In this document: positions 9,168 through 18,300 of the stretch, one piece after another
How positions within the stretch are numbered: position 1 is the stretch's first letter
How the letters are laid out: each line of letters starts with the position of its first letter
From: Tissierellia bacterium
GTDB lineage: Bacteria; Bacillota; Clostridia; Tissierellales; Peptoniphilaceae
Length of the DNA: 64,000 nucleotides
Reading direction: 5' to 3'
Assembly: GCA_030535395.1 (NCBI GenBank)
Contig: JAUNLK010000004.1
Location: forward strand, 33,209 to 97,208
Position numbers and translations under genes: made by a program
Notes under the pieces: generated by a model
Seen by the model: only the letters and a program-made list of their open reading frames with translations
Database searches by the model: none
What the model was told of the DNA's origin: nothing

Positions 9168-9971
9168 CTAGTGGGTCAAATAGCTCATGGTGTAGAGGGC
9201 CTGAAAACAGACCTTCCCCCTCTGAACAATCGTCCCCTCTATGCGACAGATCTGATTGTCGCGGTAAATCACTTTTGCATTAATTTCCGCTTCCTCCACA
9301 AACATGGGCCTGAAATAATAGGCCGAGCCATTGCGAGTGACAGATTTCCCAAAAATGGTGGCATAGACTCCGGTGATGGTGTCACAGACGGTGTAGGAGA
9401 CCCCCCCGTGAATGATGCCATAGGGATTGCAGTCCTCCTCCTTGGGATGCCAGATGGCCTTGGCCTCCTCTTGGGAAACGGACACAAAATCGAGGCCATA
9501 TTGGATGTTGTGGGATTGGTGAATCCGGTCCAATACCTCCTCCTCCGTGCCTATGGGAACGGGAATATAGAGGGGGTCCTTTCTCTGGACCGTATATAGG
9601 CCGTGGGCCTTGACTTTGCCCTCTTGGGTGATGAAGCCCTGAAGGTGAGAGACGGTGGCTCCTTTTTTCACCATGGACACCGTGCAGATGGCCTGTCCCC
9701 TTCCAATGGCTTCCCCTTGGAAGAACTCCACATTGTCCAGCTGGCTTTGGGGGGCATCCTCCCTTAAAAAACGAGCGGCGGCATGGACAATGGCCTGCAC
9801 CACCATGGGGTGGGCCACTTCCCCCTCCAAAAAGGGCTCCTCCACCATCCAGCCAATGGACAGCTCATCCTCACTCACTTCCAAAAACTCCACTTTTAAC
9901 TGAGAAAGAAAGTCCCCCAACAGGGCCCGAAATCTTTCCAAATCTTCATGTTCTGTATTCAGAACTACCAC
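9168..9971 (-). CDS. Tandem hotdog-fold protein with a PaaI-type thioesterase C-terminal half
   Basis: The C-terminal half carries NPYGIIHGGVSYTVCDTITG, the PaaI/thioesterase-superfamily motif. The N-terminal half is a degenerate second hotdog. The start is GTG with GGAG upstream. Confidence 0.65.
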   Translation of the reverse strand: MVVLNTEHEDLERFRALLGDFLSQLKVEFLEVSEDELSIGWMVEEPFLEGEVAHPMVVQAIVHAAARFLREDAPQSQLDNVEFFQGEAIGRGQAICTVSMVKKGATVSHLQGFITQEGKVKAHGLYTVQRKDPLYIPVPIGTEEEVLDRIHQSHNIQYGLDFVSVSQEEAKAIWHPKEEDCNPYGIIHGGVSYTVCDTITGVYATIFGKSVTRNGSAYYFRPMFVEEAEINAKVIYRDNQICRIEGTIVQRGKVCFQALYTMSYLTH

Positions 9972-10000
9972 CTCTACTTTCTCCGGACCCTTCGCATATA

Positions 10001-11047
10001 CTACAAAAAATGGAGTTGCTCCACATTTCGATCCCCCAATTGGGAGACGGAAAAGCCCAATAGTCTCAATTTATTGATCTTCTCTCGTTCCATGAGGCTC
10101 TCAAAGAGTTCCAGGGCCAAATCCTCCAGCTCGTCCAGCTCAAAGGGCCCCCTCTGGGTGCGACTCTTGGTGTGAATCTTGCCGTGTTCATCCTTGAGTT
10201 TCACCGTGGCAGAGCGGGCGGTAATGGCCTTTTCCTCCATGATTTTTTCCACCGAGGCCACCTGCTCCATGAGCTTTGCCTCAAAAAAACCACTGTGATT
10301 TTTTTGAGGGGCGAAGGTCTCTTCGCTGCCCAGGGACTTGCGACCTCGGTTTTCCCTCACTTTTCTGGGATCAATGCCCCGGAGCTTACCATAGAGCTCA
10401 TAGCCACTTTTGCCGAAGGTCCTCACCAAAAACTCCTCCGACAGCGCCATGAGATCTTCCCCGTTGCGTATGCCCAGTTTCTTCAATTTTTCCTCGCTGC
10501 GAGGACCGATGCCGTGAATCCCCCTCAGGGGGAGCTGGGCGATGATCCTCTGGTAATTGCCCTCATCGATTACGGTGAGGCCGTCGGGCTTTTGGTAGTC
10601 CGAGGCGATCTTTGCCAAAAACTTGTTGAAAGAGAGGCCACAGCTCAAAGTGAGGCCCTCCCCCTCACGGACCCGCCTCTTCATGTCCTTCAAAAGAAGG
10701 ATGGGGTCGGGATGGCCGGTGAGGTCCAGATATGCCTCATCAATGGACACTTTTTCCACCGGATGGCCGTAGCTCTTTAAAATGGCAAAGACCCTCTGGG
10801 AGGCAGCGCTGTACTTTTTCCGATTGGGAGGGACGAGTATTAATTGGGGACAGCGCTGCTTGGCTAAAAATACAGGGAGGGCGGAGTGGATCCCAAAGGC
10901 CCTGGCGGGATAATTGGCCGTGGTGATGATGCCCCGCTCCCCAGAGCCCGCCACCGCCATGGGCAGGTGGCGCCACTCCGGATGTTCCAGGAGCTCCACA
11001 GAGGCAAAAAAAGCATCCAGATCCACGTGAACAATTTGTCGATCCAT
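10001..11047 (-). CDS. dinB: DNA polymerase IV (Y-family)
   Basis: IVHVDLDAFFASVE plus SIDEAYLD motifs. The start is set to the ATG at 11045-11047 (MDRQIVHVD), preceded by AAGGAGGAAGG. Confidence 0.9.
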   Translation of the reverse strand: MDRQIVHVDLDAFFASVELLEHPEWRHLPMAVAGSGERGIITTANYPARAFGIHSALPVFLAKQRCPQLILVPPNRKKYSAASQRVFAILKSYGHPVEKVSIDEAYLDLTGHPDPILLLKDMKRRVREGEGLTLSCGLSFNKFLAKIASDYQKPDGLTVIDEGNYQRIIAQLPLRGIHGIGPRSEEKLKKLGIRNGEDLMALSEEFLVRTFGKSGYELYGKLRGIDPRKVRENRGRKSLGSEETFAPQKNHSGFFEAKLMEQVASVEKIMEEKAITARSATVKLKDEHGKIHTKSRTQRGPFELDELEDLALELFESLMEREKINKLRLLGFSVSQLGDRNVEQLHFL

Positions 11048-11088
11048 ACCTTCCTCCTTGTATAAAGAGTATTGTACCATAGAACAAC

Positions 11089-11120
11089 AAAAAACCCCCT
11101 GTAATTTACAGGAGGTTTTT
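11089..11120. terminator. Bidirectional hairpin terminator
   Basis: CCCCCTGTA (11095-11103) pairs with TACAGGAGG (11107-11115) with one mismatch. It is flanked by an A-run (11089-11094) and a T-run (11116-11120). It lies just past the stop of the 11142..12200 gene. Confidence 0.65.
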
Positions 11121-11141
11121 AAGTTTTTTGTTGCTTTTGAC

Positions 11142-12200
11142 TTATTTAATGCGCTTGCGCATGTCGCCCATAATGGCCACGGGCACGGGAACGTCCAGCA
11201 TGGTCATCAAACCGGGATTGGCATTGATGATATTGGGGATGGAGTTGACCATCATGGCAATGGTGCCAATGCCGCCGGGTACTTCGGGACCAATGTGCAT
11301 GGAGATATTGGGTTCACCGGTGATTTCGATATAGTCGCCAGTGTGTACGCCCTCGTCCTCGGGTTCCACTTGTTGGGGGTGAATCATTTCGATTTTGTCT
11401 TCCCCGTCAACTTTCCCCCAGCCCAGCATGTTGACGCCGGCCACATTGCCAGCCTTTACATCGGCATAGGGAGCGTGGCGGTCCACAGTGGAAACAATGG
11501 CTTCCATGGAGGTGCGCACGGGTTCGTCCAGTTCCCAGCCAATGCCATCGGCAATGGCCATAACGGACTCTGCAAAGCCCACGTGACCTGCCAGTTCGCC
11601 GGAGGCCACCAGGCGGTCAAATTCTTCCTTCTCAAGGCCCACCCCTTGTTCTTCCATAACGGCTTTACCGAAGGGAGAAAGGGAGTTGACCCGCTTGGCC
11701 ACAATGTGTTCCACATCGATGGAGGCACCGGTGAGGGTGAGTACCAGAAGGTCCATAATGAGGCCGGGGTTGATGCCGGTACCCATGACGCTGACGCCAT
11801 TGGCCTTGGCAATTTCATCCAGTTGTTTGGCCAGCTCAGGCTCTTGGGCTTGGGGATAGGCCATTTCCTCTGCAGTGGTGAGACAGTTGATCTTTTGTTC
11901 CAGGACAAATTTCATCTTGTCGAAGGCCTTGGCGGTGAAGGAATCGGTAGCCAGGAGGACCACATCGGCGGCGCCCTCTTTAATTACGGATTCTTTCTCG
12001 GTGTCCAGGGTGATGGTGACATCGGGATGACCTTCCCGCTCTACGCCCAGAACTTCAAAGATGCTCTTGCCGGCCAGTTGATCCCAACCGTCGATGACGC
12101 CGACAATTTCAACGCCCTTTTTCTTCAGGAGCATTTTAGCCATTCCGCTACCCATGGAACCAAAGCCCCACAATATAACTTTTACGTTTTCCTCTCTCAT
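11142..12200 (-). CDS. NAD(P)-dependent amine dehydrogenase family protein (2,4-diaminopentanoate dehydrogenase-like, DapB-related)
   Basis: The Rossmann N-terminus is VKVILWGFGSMGSGMAKMLL. An internal GTGINPG motif and the 352-aa length fit the Ord/AmDH family as I recall it. The RBS is GGAGGTATTT. Confidence 0.6.
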   Translation of the reverse strand: MREENVKVILWGFGSMGSGMAKMLLKKKGVEIVGVIDGWDQLAGKSIFEVLGVEREGHPDVTITLDTEKESVIKEGAADVVLLATDSFTAKAFDKMKFVLEQKINCLTTAEEMAYPQAQEPELAKQLDEIAKANGVSVMGTGINPGLIMDLLVLTLTGASIDVEHIVAKRVNSLSPFGKAVMEEQGVGLEKEEFDRLVASGELAGHVGFAESVMAIADGIGWELDEPVRTSMEAIVSTVDRHAPYADVKAGNVAGVNMLGWGKVDGEDKIEMIHPQQVEPEDEGVHTGDYIEITGEPNISMHIGPEVPGGIGTIAMMVNSIPNIINANPGLMTMLDVPVPVAIMGDMRKRIK

Positions 12201-12403
12201 AAATACCTCCTATCACTGATTCAGTCACAGCACTTACTGTAAGTATATCCAATTTTCATGGATTTTCAATCTACTTTCAAAATCTTAATTTAGTGATGGT
12301 TGAAATCGATCCCATTCCATTCCCCCCTGCTGCGGCTCTCCCCGGGGCAAATTTCCCTGGCTGGGCCCCTCCCCTGGGTTATAATGGTACAAAAGGAGGC
12401 AGC

Positions 12404-13045
12404 ATGCGCACAGGTATCGCTCTATTTGATTTCGACAAGACCATCATCGTGAAGGATTCCATCCTCATTCTCTTTAACAAGACCTACCGGGCCCATCCCG
12501 AGTACCTGGGTGGCATTTTCTCCGGCAGCATCAAAACCCTCTTTCGGGGCAAGGCCGAGTTTCGGGAGACCATTAAAAGTGACTTCCTCTCCATGCTCAA
12601 TTACTACAGCCCAGAGGAGCTGAGGGACTTTGTTCTCAGGGAGCTTCTGCCCAAATACGCCTTTCAGGAGGCGGTGGAGGCCGTGGCCCAGTGCAAGGAG
12701 GAGGGCCTTCACACCCTCCTGGTCTCGGCATCGGCGGAGGAGTATCTTCAGTATGTGGGGGAGGTCCTCCCCTTTGACGGGATTTTGGGCACAAAATTGG
12801 ACGAAAACTACCGGATCATCGGCCGGAACAATCGCTTCCGGGAGAAGGTCTATCGCATCAATCAGTATCTCATTGAACACGATCTGGAGCTGGACTTTGA
12901 CGCCTCCCGGGGCTATTCCGACTCCTATGCCGCCGATCACCCCATGCTGGAGATGGTGAAAGACCGCTATCTCATCAACGAAAAAAAGACCTTCCCCGGC
13001 TATACCAATCTATCTTGGCGCCAGGTCGGTCTCTCCTCCCTCTAG
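12404..13045 (+). CDS. HAD-IB family hydrolase/phosphatase
   Basis: The start is the ATG at 12404 (MRTGIALFDFDKTII, HAD motif I DxDxT), preceded by AAAGGAGG and a TATAAT at about 12381. The upstream 37 codons of the track ORF are promoter/RBS sequence. Confidence 0.8.
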   Translation: MRTGIALFDFDKTIIVKDSILILFNKTYRAHPEYLGGIFSGSIKTLFRGKAEFRETIKSDFLSMLNYYSPEELRDFVLRELLPKYAFQEAVEAVAQCKEEGLHTLLVSASAEEYLQYVGEVLPFDGILGTKLDENYRIIGRNNRFREKVYRINQYLIEHDLELDFDASRGYSDSYAADHPMLEMVKDRYLINEKKTFPGYTNLSWRQVGLSSL

Positions 13046-13066
13046 TATGCTTTCATCTGAGGCCAA

Positions 13067-13603
13067 TCAGTCCTCGTGGGGGGTCCACTCCATGGTGTAG
13101 CGGTCCTCTCCCTTGCCGTAGAGGGCCTCTTTAAAGTCGTGATGCTCGAAGCCCACATTGCTGTACATGGCAATGGCGGGATCATTGTCCGTGGCCACAT
13201 TGAGCCGCACCCGCTCAATGCCCTGGTAGTGGAGCTGGCTGAGGACTCGGCTCAAAAATCTCGTGCCGATGCTCAGGCCCTGGGCCTCCTCATTGATGGC
13301 GTAGTCCGAGAGAAAGGCCATGTCCCGGTCCTCCCAGGAGCGGTGAAAGGCCGCCAGGCCCACCAGTTCGCTCCGGTCCTTGTTGAGGAGGGCGTAGACC
13401 TGGCCGTAGTGAATTTGGCTGACTATGCCAAAGGAGTCGAAACTGTCTTCACCAAAGACGGATTCGCCAAATTCCAGTAATTTTTTCAGGGTTTGAGGAT
13501 CGATGTCGTTGATCTTGTAGAGATTCAGCTCGTCGTAGTCCTCCAGGGTTTCTACAAAATAGGGGTTCAAGCGGTCCAGTAGGGTCAATTTTTCGTCTTC
13601 CAT
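13067..13603 (-). CDS. GNAT-family N-acetyltransferase
   Basis: An acetyl-CoA-binding-like region (QGLSIGTRFLSRVLSQL) and a C-terminal ...AIAMYSNVGF are present. The start is the ATG at 13601-13603, preceded by GGAGG. The track TTG start at 13615 falls inside the RBS. Confidence 0.75.
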   Translation of the reverse strand: MEDEKLTLLDRLNPYFVETLEDYDELNLYKINDIDPQTLKKLLEFGESVFGEDSFDSFGIVSQIHYGQVYALLNKDRSELVGLAAFHRSWEDRDMAFLSDYAINEEAQGLSIGTRFLSRVLSQLHYQGIERVRLNVATDNDPAIAMYSNVGFEHHDFKEALYGKGEDRYTMEWTPHED

Positions 13604-13661
13604 CGCAACCTCCAAGGGTTCTTTGGTCAGCTTACCTAGTTTATATTATATCAACAATGGC

Positions 13662-14045
13662 TCACTCTTCAAAGGGAACCCCCAGGAAGATGCCGTCCAG
13701 AACCACGGTGCCGTCCTCCTTGGTGCATTCAAAGCTGATGTGATAGTGGGTGCGGCCCTTCTTCTTTTCAGCGCTATCCACGGTGATGGCGGCGGTGATG
13801 GCATCGCCGGTGTAGACGGGTCTTCTGAAGTTGAATTCCATCCGGTACATGATGATATTGTATTCTCCCCCCAGCCAGGTGGGCAGGGTGGCCGTCAGCA
13901 GCCCCTGATTCATATACTCGTCGTCCTCATTGGGCACGGTGTGGTGCTTGCCCACATACTGGGAGAGCTTGGTGAAGTCGTCATTCTCCTCAAGGGTAAA
14001 GACCCGGGTTTTGGTGTAGGTTTTTCCAACCTCTAGTACTTCCAT
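13662..14045 (-). CDS. Small hotdog-fold protein (MaoC/acyl-dehydratase-like)
   Basis: 127 aa. The pattern ...HHTVPNEDDEYMNQGLLTATL...RRPVYTGDAITAAITV... is typical of single hotdog dehydratase/thioesterase domains. Confidence 0.55.
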   Translation of the reverse strand: MEVLEVGKTYTKTRVFTLEENDDFTKLSQYVGKHHTVPNEDDEYMNQGLLTATLPTWLGGEYNIIMYRMEFNFRRPVYTGDAITAAITVDSAEKKKGRTHYHISFECTKEDGTVVLDGIFLGVPFEE

Positions 14046-14127
14046 AGTGTCCTCCTAATCTCTGGGAAATCCGTGGATTTCCGTTTCCTCTCCAATTATA
14101 GTACAATTTCACTATACCGAAAAAGGA

Positions 14128-14715
14128 ATGGAGGTCAAAAATTTGGAACCCAATTTAGGAAAAATTCTCATCTATGAAATAGATTCCAAAATCAAAGAGG
14201 CGAGACTCCGGGAAATGGCCAAGCGGATCAATTTGGAAGTGGTGGCCGTCACCAAGGACGAGATCCACAACAAGGTGGGGGCCCTGGCGGGGCTTTCGGG
14301 CTATGAGCTCAGAGATCCCGATGAGGAGGATCTGAAGCTGGAGGCCCCCTCAGCGGAGATGGTCCTCTTTGTGGGGGTGGACTATCAGGACATTGTGGAC
14401 CTTTTGGGCACCCTCCGAGAGGAGGACCACTCCTTCCCCCACAAGGCCAATCTCACCCCCACCACCAAGGACTGGTCCTTTAGGGCCCTGGTGAAGCACA
14501 TTGAAGTGGAAAACCTCATTGTCCGCGCCTATATGCGCCTGGCCCGGGACTGTCAGGCCGCAGAAGAGCTCAACAAGGAGCTCCAGGACCCCGAGATCAT
14601 CGAGGCCGTGGAATACGCCAAGGCCCTCCAGGGCATGGGAGAGGATCTGTCCCTCCGCCACATTGAACAGGCCCAGGAAAAACTCAATCAGGCCCTCACG
14701 GGAAAAACTTTTTAA
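14128..14715 (+). CDS. Hypothetical protein (DUF3783-like core with helical C-terminal extension)
   Basis: 195 aa with good G/C3 codon usage and its own terminator. The core MVLFVGVDYQDIVDLLGTLREEDHSFPHKANLTPTTKDWSF resembles DUF3783 proteins from memory only. Confidence 0.5.
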   Translation: MEVKNLEPNLGKILIYEIDSKIKEARLREMAKRINLEVVAVTKDEIHNKVGALAGLSGYELRDPDEEDLKLEAPSAEMVLFVGVDYQDIVDLLGTLREEDHSFPHKANLTPTTKDWSFRALVKHIEVENLIVRAYMRLARDCQAAEELNKELQDPEIIEAVEYAKALQGMGEDLSLRHIEQAQEKLNQALTGKTF

Positions 14716-14719
14716 GACG

Positions 14720-14744
14720 GAGCCCCACGGGGCTCTCTTTTTTT
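14720..14744 (+). terminator. Rho-independent terminator
   Basis: GAGCCC (14720-14725) pairs with GGGCTC (14730-14735) around a 4-nt loop, followed by TCTTTTTTT. Confidence 0.75.
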
Positions 14745-14789
14745 GCTCAAAAGGGGCACAAAAAAGAGCCCCTGAACACGCGGGGGCCC

Positions 14790-15062
14790 TCAATCCTCCA
14801 AATTTTCCCCATAGTCCACCATGGGGTCCATGGTCTTGTAAATTTCTCCCGGAGCCACATCAAAGGGGGACTGAAGAATCCTCTGGAGGAGAGCGATCTC
14901 CTCCTCCAGAGTCCTCTGACGCTCCTCTAGATCCTGGAGCTTCTCTTCCAGGGACAATGCCCCCTCCCATGTGGCGCAGTAGTCCTCATAGGCCTCCATC
15001 ATTCGCTCCTGCTGGCGGTCGAACTCCTCCCAGCTGAGGCCCTCCCCCTTTGGTCTTTCCAT
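14790..15062 (-). CDS. Small acidic coiled-coil protein, translationally coupled to the MarR gene
   Basis: 90 aa. The heptad-like segment is LEEKLQDLEERQRTLEEEIALLQRIL. Its ATG (15060-15062) shares one base with the MarR stop (15062-15064). Confidence 0.55.
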   Translation of the reverse strand: MERPKGEGLSWEEFDRQQERMMEAYEDYCATWEGALSLEEKLQDLEERQRTLEEEIALLQRILQSPFDVAPGEIYKTMDPMVDYGENLED

Positions 15063-15556
15063 TAGAAGGGCAGCAGGGGATTCAAGTAGTTGCGGTCCAT
15101 GGTGATGGACACTTCCCTAAGAATGCCGTCGTTCATGGCCTCCAGGCCCTCCTGGAAGTGGCCGATCTTGTCGGGGTCCATGGACTCTTCCAGACGATTG
15201 GTGATCTCATTGATGTAATCGTAGTTGATATTGTAGTGGGTTTTAAACTTTTCGGTGACATAGAGGTGGGTCTGACGGCGGTCCTTGGTGGAGCGAACCT
15301 TTTCCACATAGCCCTTTTTCACCAAATTATTCACCTTGTAGGCGGCATTGGGCTGGGACACTCGAATAAAGGCCGCCAGTTGATTGATGGTGGGACCATC
15401 CATGGCGTAAATGGCCTCGGCACAGAAGTTTTCCATGACCGTGAGGCCGTCCTTGCCCAGACCCTCATTTCGGAAGAGATTCCGATAAAAATTCACCTTG
15501 AACTTAAGGTAGAGCTCATTCATCACCTGTTCCAAATCTTTTTCTTTATTTTCCAT
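15062..15556 (-). CDS. MarR-family transcriptional regulator
   Basis: The winged-helix region is TINQLAAFIRVSQPNAAYKVNNLVKKGYVEKVRSTKDRRQTHLYVT. The start is set to the ATG at 15554-15556 (MENKEKD), preceded by AAGGAGAA. Confidence 0.85.
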   Translation of the reverse strand: MENKEKDLEQVMNELYLKFKVNFYRNLFRNEGLGKDGLTVMENFCAEAIYAMDGPTINQLAAFIRVSQPNAAYKVNNLVKKGYVEKVRSTKDRRQTHLYVTEKFKTHYNINYDYINEITNRLEESMDPDKIGHFQEGLEAMNDGILREVSITMDRNYLNPLLPF

Positions 15557-15661
15557 AATTTTCTCCTTATCTAGTCCCTTGTACACATTTATACATGAAG
15601 AAAAGATTTTTTTCAATGAGAATCATAGATTCTTTACCCAAACTTTATACTTTGAATACAA

Positions 15662-16456
15662 TTAGGAATTTTTTCTCAATTTAATGGCCCCACGAAGGGA
15701 GCGCCAAGATGTTTTGAGAATGCTCATTTTACTGGCCCCTTCCTTCCGGTCGTAGCGGAGAATGAAGGGAATTTCCCCAATTTTAGCCCCTTCCCCATGA
15801 AGTTTGAATAACAGTTCCATCATACAGGCAAAGGAGGACTCCTCAATGAGCTGTGTACCGTAGTGGTCCCTGGCCCTTTTGAGGATGCCATAATCATACA
15901 GCCTGTATCCACAAGTATAATCTCGAACTCCAGGAATTTGCAAGATCATTGAGTAATATAATTTCGCAAATCTTGAGAGAATATCACGGTGTGGGGCCAA
16001 TCCTTCAATGTCGGAGCCCCGCTGATACCGGGAAGCGATGACCACATCCAATGTATTCTTTGTCAGGGCATCCAACATGGACAGGATGTACTTGGGATCG
16101 TGGGTATTGTCCCCATCCATGACGCACATGAGATCGCCCTCTCGGTGGTGGTCCAAGAAATTATGTACCGAGGTCCTCAGCACCCCGCCCAGATTCTGAT
16201 TCACCCTGTGGAAAATGGGGGCGATATTGGTATGCTCCCTTTGAAAGCTTGCAATGACCTCTCGGGTGCCGTCGGTGGATCCATCGTCCACGGGCTTTAC
16301 AGTGAGTACAAAGCCCCTCTCCAGAAGCTCCTCCTCCAGGGCCAGCCACTGGTCCATGAGGGGCCCAATATTTTCCTCTTCATTGTAGCAGGGGAGGTAG
16401 ACCACCAAATGCCTCTCCCTGGGGGAGACTCCCACAGCTGGATCATGTGACTTCAT
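15662..16456 (-). CDS. GT2-family polyprenyl-phosphate glycosyltransferase (GtrB/CsbB/DPM1-like)
   Basis: VVYLPCYNEEENI, VDDGSTDGT and MDGDNTHDP (DxD) motifs. It overlaps the GtrA gene by 14 nt. Confidence 0.85.
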   Translation of the reverse strand: MKSHDPAVGVSPRERHLVVYLPCYNEEENIGPLMDQWLALEEELLERGFVLTVKPVDDGSTDGTREVIASFQREHTNIAPIFHRVNQNLGGVLRTSVHNFLDHHREGDLMCVMDGDNTHDPKYILSMLDALTKNTLDVVIASRYQRGSDIEGLAPHRDILSRFAKLYYSMILQIPGVRDYTCGYRLYDYGILKRARDHYGTQLIEESSFACMMELLFKLHGEGAKIGEIPFILRYDRKEGASKMSILKTSWRSLRGAIKLRKNS

Positions 16457-16835
16457 AGAGTTTCCTCCTTACAAAGTAGGTGACAAAGAAGGGGACCACC
16501 AAACTCGCCCCCTTGGCCAGTAGAAATGCCAGCTTCTCCGCCACCAGGGGCAGGAGCATGCGGTGGACCAAGTAGATGGTGCCATTGGCCAGAAAGAGGC
16601 CCAGAAAAAATGTGGCCACAAAGATCAATAGGGTCTTGGGGTTTTTCTCCACCTGAAAGACGTGGCGACTGGTGAGGAGATACTGGACCACGGCCCCCGT
16701 CACCACCCCCAGGGTATTGGCCCACAATAGGGGCAAGTGGATGAGATAGCGGCACAGACTCACCACTGCCACATCCAGGAGGGTGATGGCCACGGAAATC
16801 AAGAGATATTTTAAGAGTCGATTGGATTCCTTCAC
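16443..16835 (-). CDS. GtrA-family membrane protein (putative lipid-linked sugar flippase)
   Basis: 130 aa with 4 TM segments and a C-terminal FFVTYFVRRKLY, typical of GtrA-like proteins. It overlaps both neighbouring genes. Confidence 0.8.
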   Translation of the reverse strand: MKESNRLLKYLLISVAITLLDVAVVSLCRYLIHLPLLWANTLGVVTGAVVQYLLTSRHVFQVEKNPKTLLIFVATFFLGLFLANGTIYLVHRMLLPLVAEKLAFLLAKGASLVVPFFVTYFVRRKLYEVT

Positions 16836-18235
16836 GGTCCCTCCATTTTAAAGATGGCTGCGTGGATATTCTGATCCACCAAAACGCCCCGAGCTTGAAT
16901 GATCTTCATTTGAATGGGGTCCATGTACTGATCCTTTTTAAAGACATAGTACTCCATCCCCTCCTCCAGAGCGTCCAACAGCTCCCTCTGAGTGGAGTGC
17001 TCATTCATGGGCAGGCGGTATCCCGGATTCATGGAGGCGCTGATCACCACCGGGCTCTCCCCATTGGTGGCAATAAAGGCCCCCTTGGGAATGTAGCGAT
17101 TCACCAGGACCATGGTGCCACTGAGGCCGTCATCCAGGGCGCTCTTGCCGTAGAAGAAGTCCAGCCCCATGGAAGTCACCAAAAAAAAGATCATGGCATA
17201 GGCCGTGGCACTGGCCACCGACCACTTGGCAAAGCTCAAAAACTCCCCGGCCAAAAAGGCCAAAAAGGGCAGCCACAGAATGATGTAGTAGTCCAGTTGT
17301 ATACCGCCGATAATGGGCCAGGTGGAGAGAATGAGGCCCAGGAGCCACAACAGGCTGAAGCTGTCCCTGCGGATGAGGGCACAGAGGAGGCCCCCCACGG
17401 CGAGAATGATTACGGGAACGGTTGCCCCACGGACCAAAAAGTCCAGGATTCGCTGAAAACCCTCTCCCCACTGGCCACCGGAGAGGACATACTTAAAGAA
17501 GATCTGCCCCACGAAGTTTTCCCCAGTGGAGGGGGAGAGCTTCAGGTAGTAGGCCAGGGGCAGCCCCAGGGAGATGATGCCGTAGACATAAGTCTCCCAG
17601 CGGAGAAAGAACTTCCTGGGATTTTCCATCCAGAGGATGCCCACGGGCACAATGCCCAAAAAGCCCGCCGTGAGCTTTTGAGAGAGGGCAAAGGCCATGG
17701 TGATGGCACTGAGTAGGAGGGAGAGCTTTCCCCCATCCTCCCTGTAGCGGAGGAGAAAGTAAAATGAACTCACATAGCCTGAAAGGACCAGGGCCTCGGG
17801 CATTATGGCCCTGCTGTAGAAGAGGCTAAAGGGCAAGATGAGGTAGAGGAGGGTGGAGAGGACGGCGGCCCGCTGGTCCCGCTTCTTTTCCACAAAGAGA
17901 AAGAGACTCACGGCGGAGAGGAAGAAAAATCCCGCAGCCACCACTCGAAAGTGAACAGCCTCGGGATGACTTCCCCCCAAGAGGGCACCCAGAGCGGGGA
18001 GCACCATCAGCTCCAGCTGTACCACCTTGGCCCTGGGGCCATAGTACTGAAAGCGAGGGGCCAAAAGATCAATGCCATGGGCGGCATAGTCCATGCCCAC
18101 GCTGTATGTATCGGCCTGGCGCCAGGAGTCCTTGAACTCCCACGGGGCGTGATCCAAGCTGGCCCCCACCAGAATCCCGTAGATTATGAAAAACAAAAGG
18201 AGTATGAACCACCGGCGTTTTGTTACATTCTTCAT
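16832..18235 (-). CDS. GT-C fold membrane glycosyltransferase (family 39/83, ArnT/PMT-like)
   Basis: 467 aa and polytopic, with an N-terminal periplasmic-loop motif region (...WRQADTYSVGMDYAAHG...). It heads the GT-C/GtrA/GT2 operon. Confidence 0.7.
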   Translation of the reverse strand: MKNVTKRRWFILLLFFIIYGILVGASLDHAPWEFKDSWRQADTYSVGMDYAAHGIDLLAPRFQYYGPRAKVVQLELMVLPALGALLGGSHPEAVHFRVVAAGFFFLSAVSLFLFVEKKRDQRAAVLSTLLYLILPFSLFYSRAIMPEALVLSGYVSSFYFLLRYREDGGKLSLLLSAITMAFALSQKLTAGFLGIVPVGILWMENPRKFFLRWETYVYGIISLGLPLAYYLKLSPSTGENFVGQIFFKYVLSGGQWGEGFQRILDFLVRGATVPVIILAVGGLLCALIRRDSFSLLWLLGLILSTWPIIGGIQLDYYIILWLPFLAFLAGEFLSFAKWSVASATAYAMIFFLVTSMGLDFFYGKSALDDGLSGTMVLVNRYIPKGAFIATNGESPVVISASMNPGYRLPMNEHSTQRELLDALEEGMEYYVFKKDQYMDPIQMKIIQARGVLVDQNIHAAIFKMEGP

Positions 18236-18300
18236 GGTTCCCCCTAACTAGAATCAGGGTACACAAAGGCACCCTGGTTGAACAAACGGAAAATCCGCTT

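Noticed and set aside
3783-14045. Possible functional system formed by the three separate hotdog-fold genes (3783-4232, 9168-9971, 13662-14045).
   Set aside because: They are dispersed in different transcription units with unrelated neighbours. Nothing in the sequence links them beyond a common and very widespread fold.
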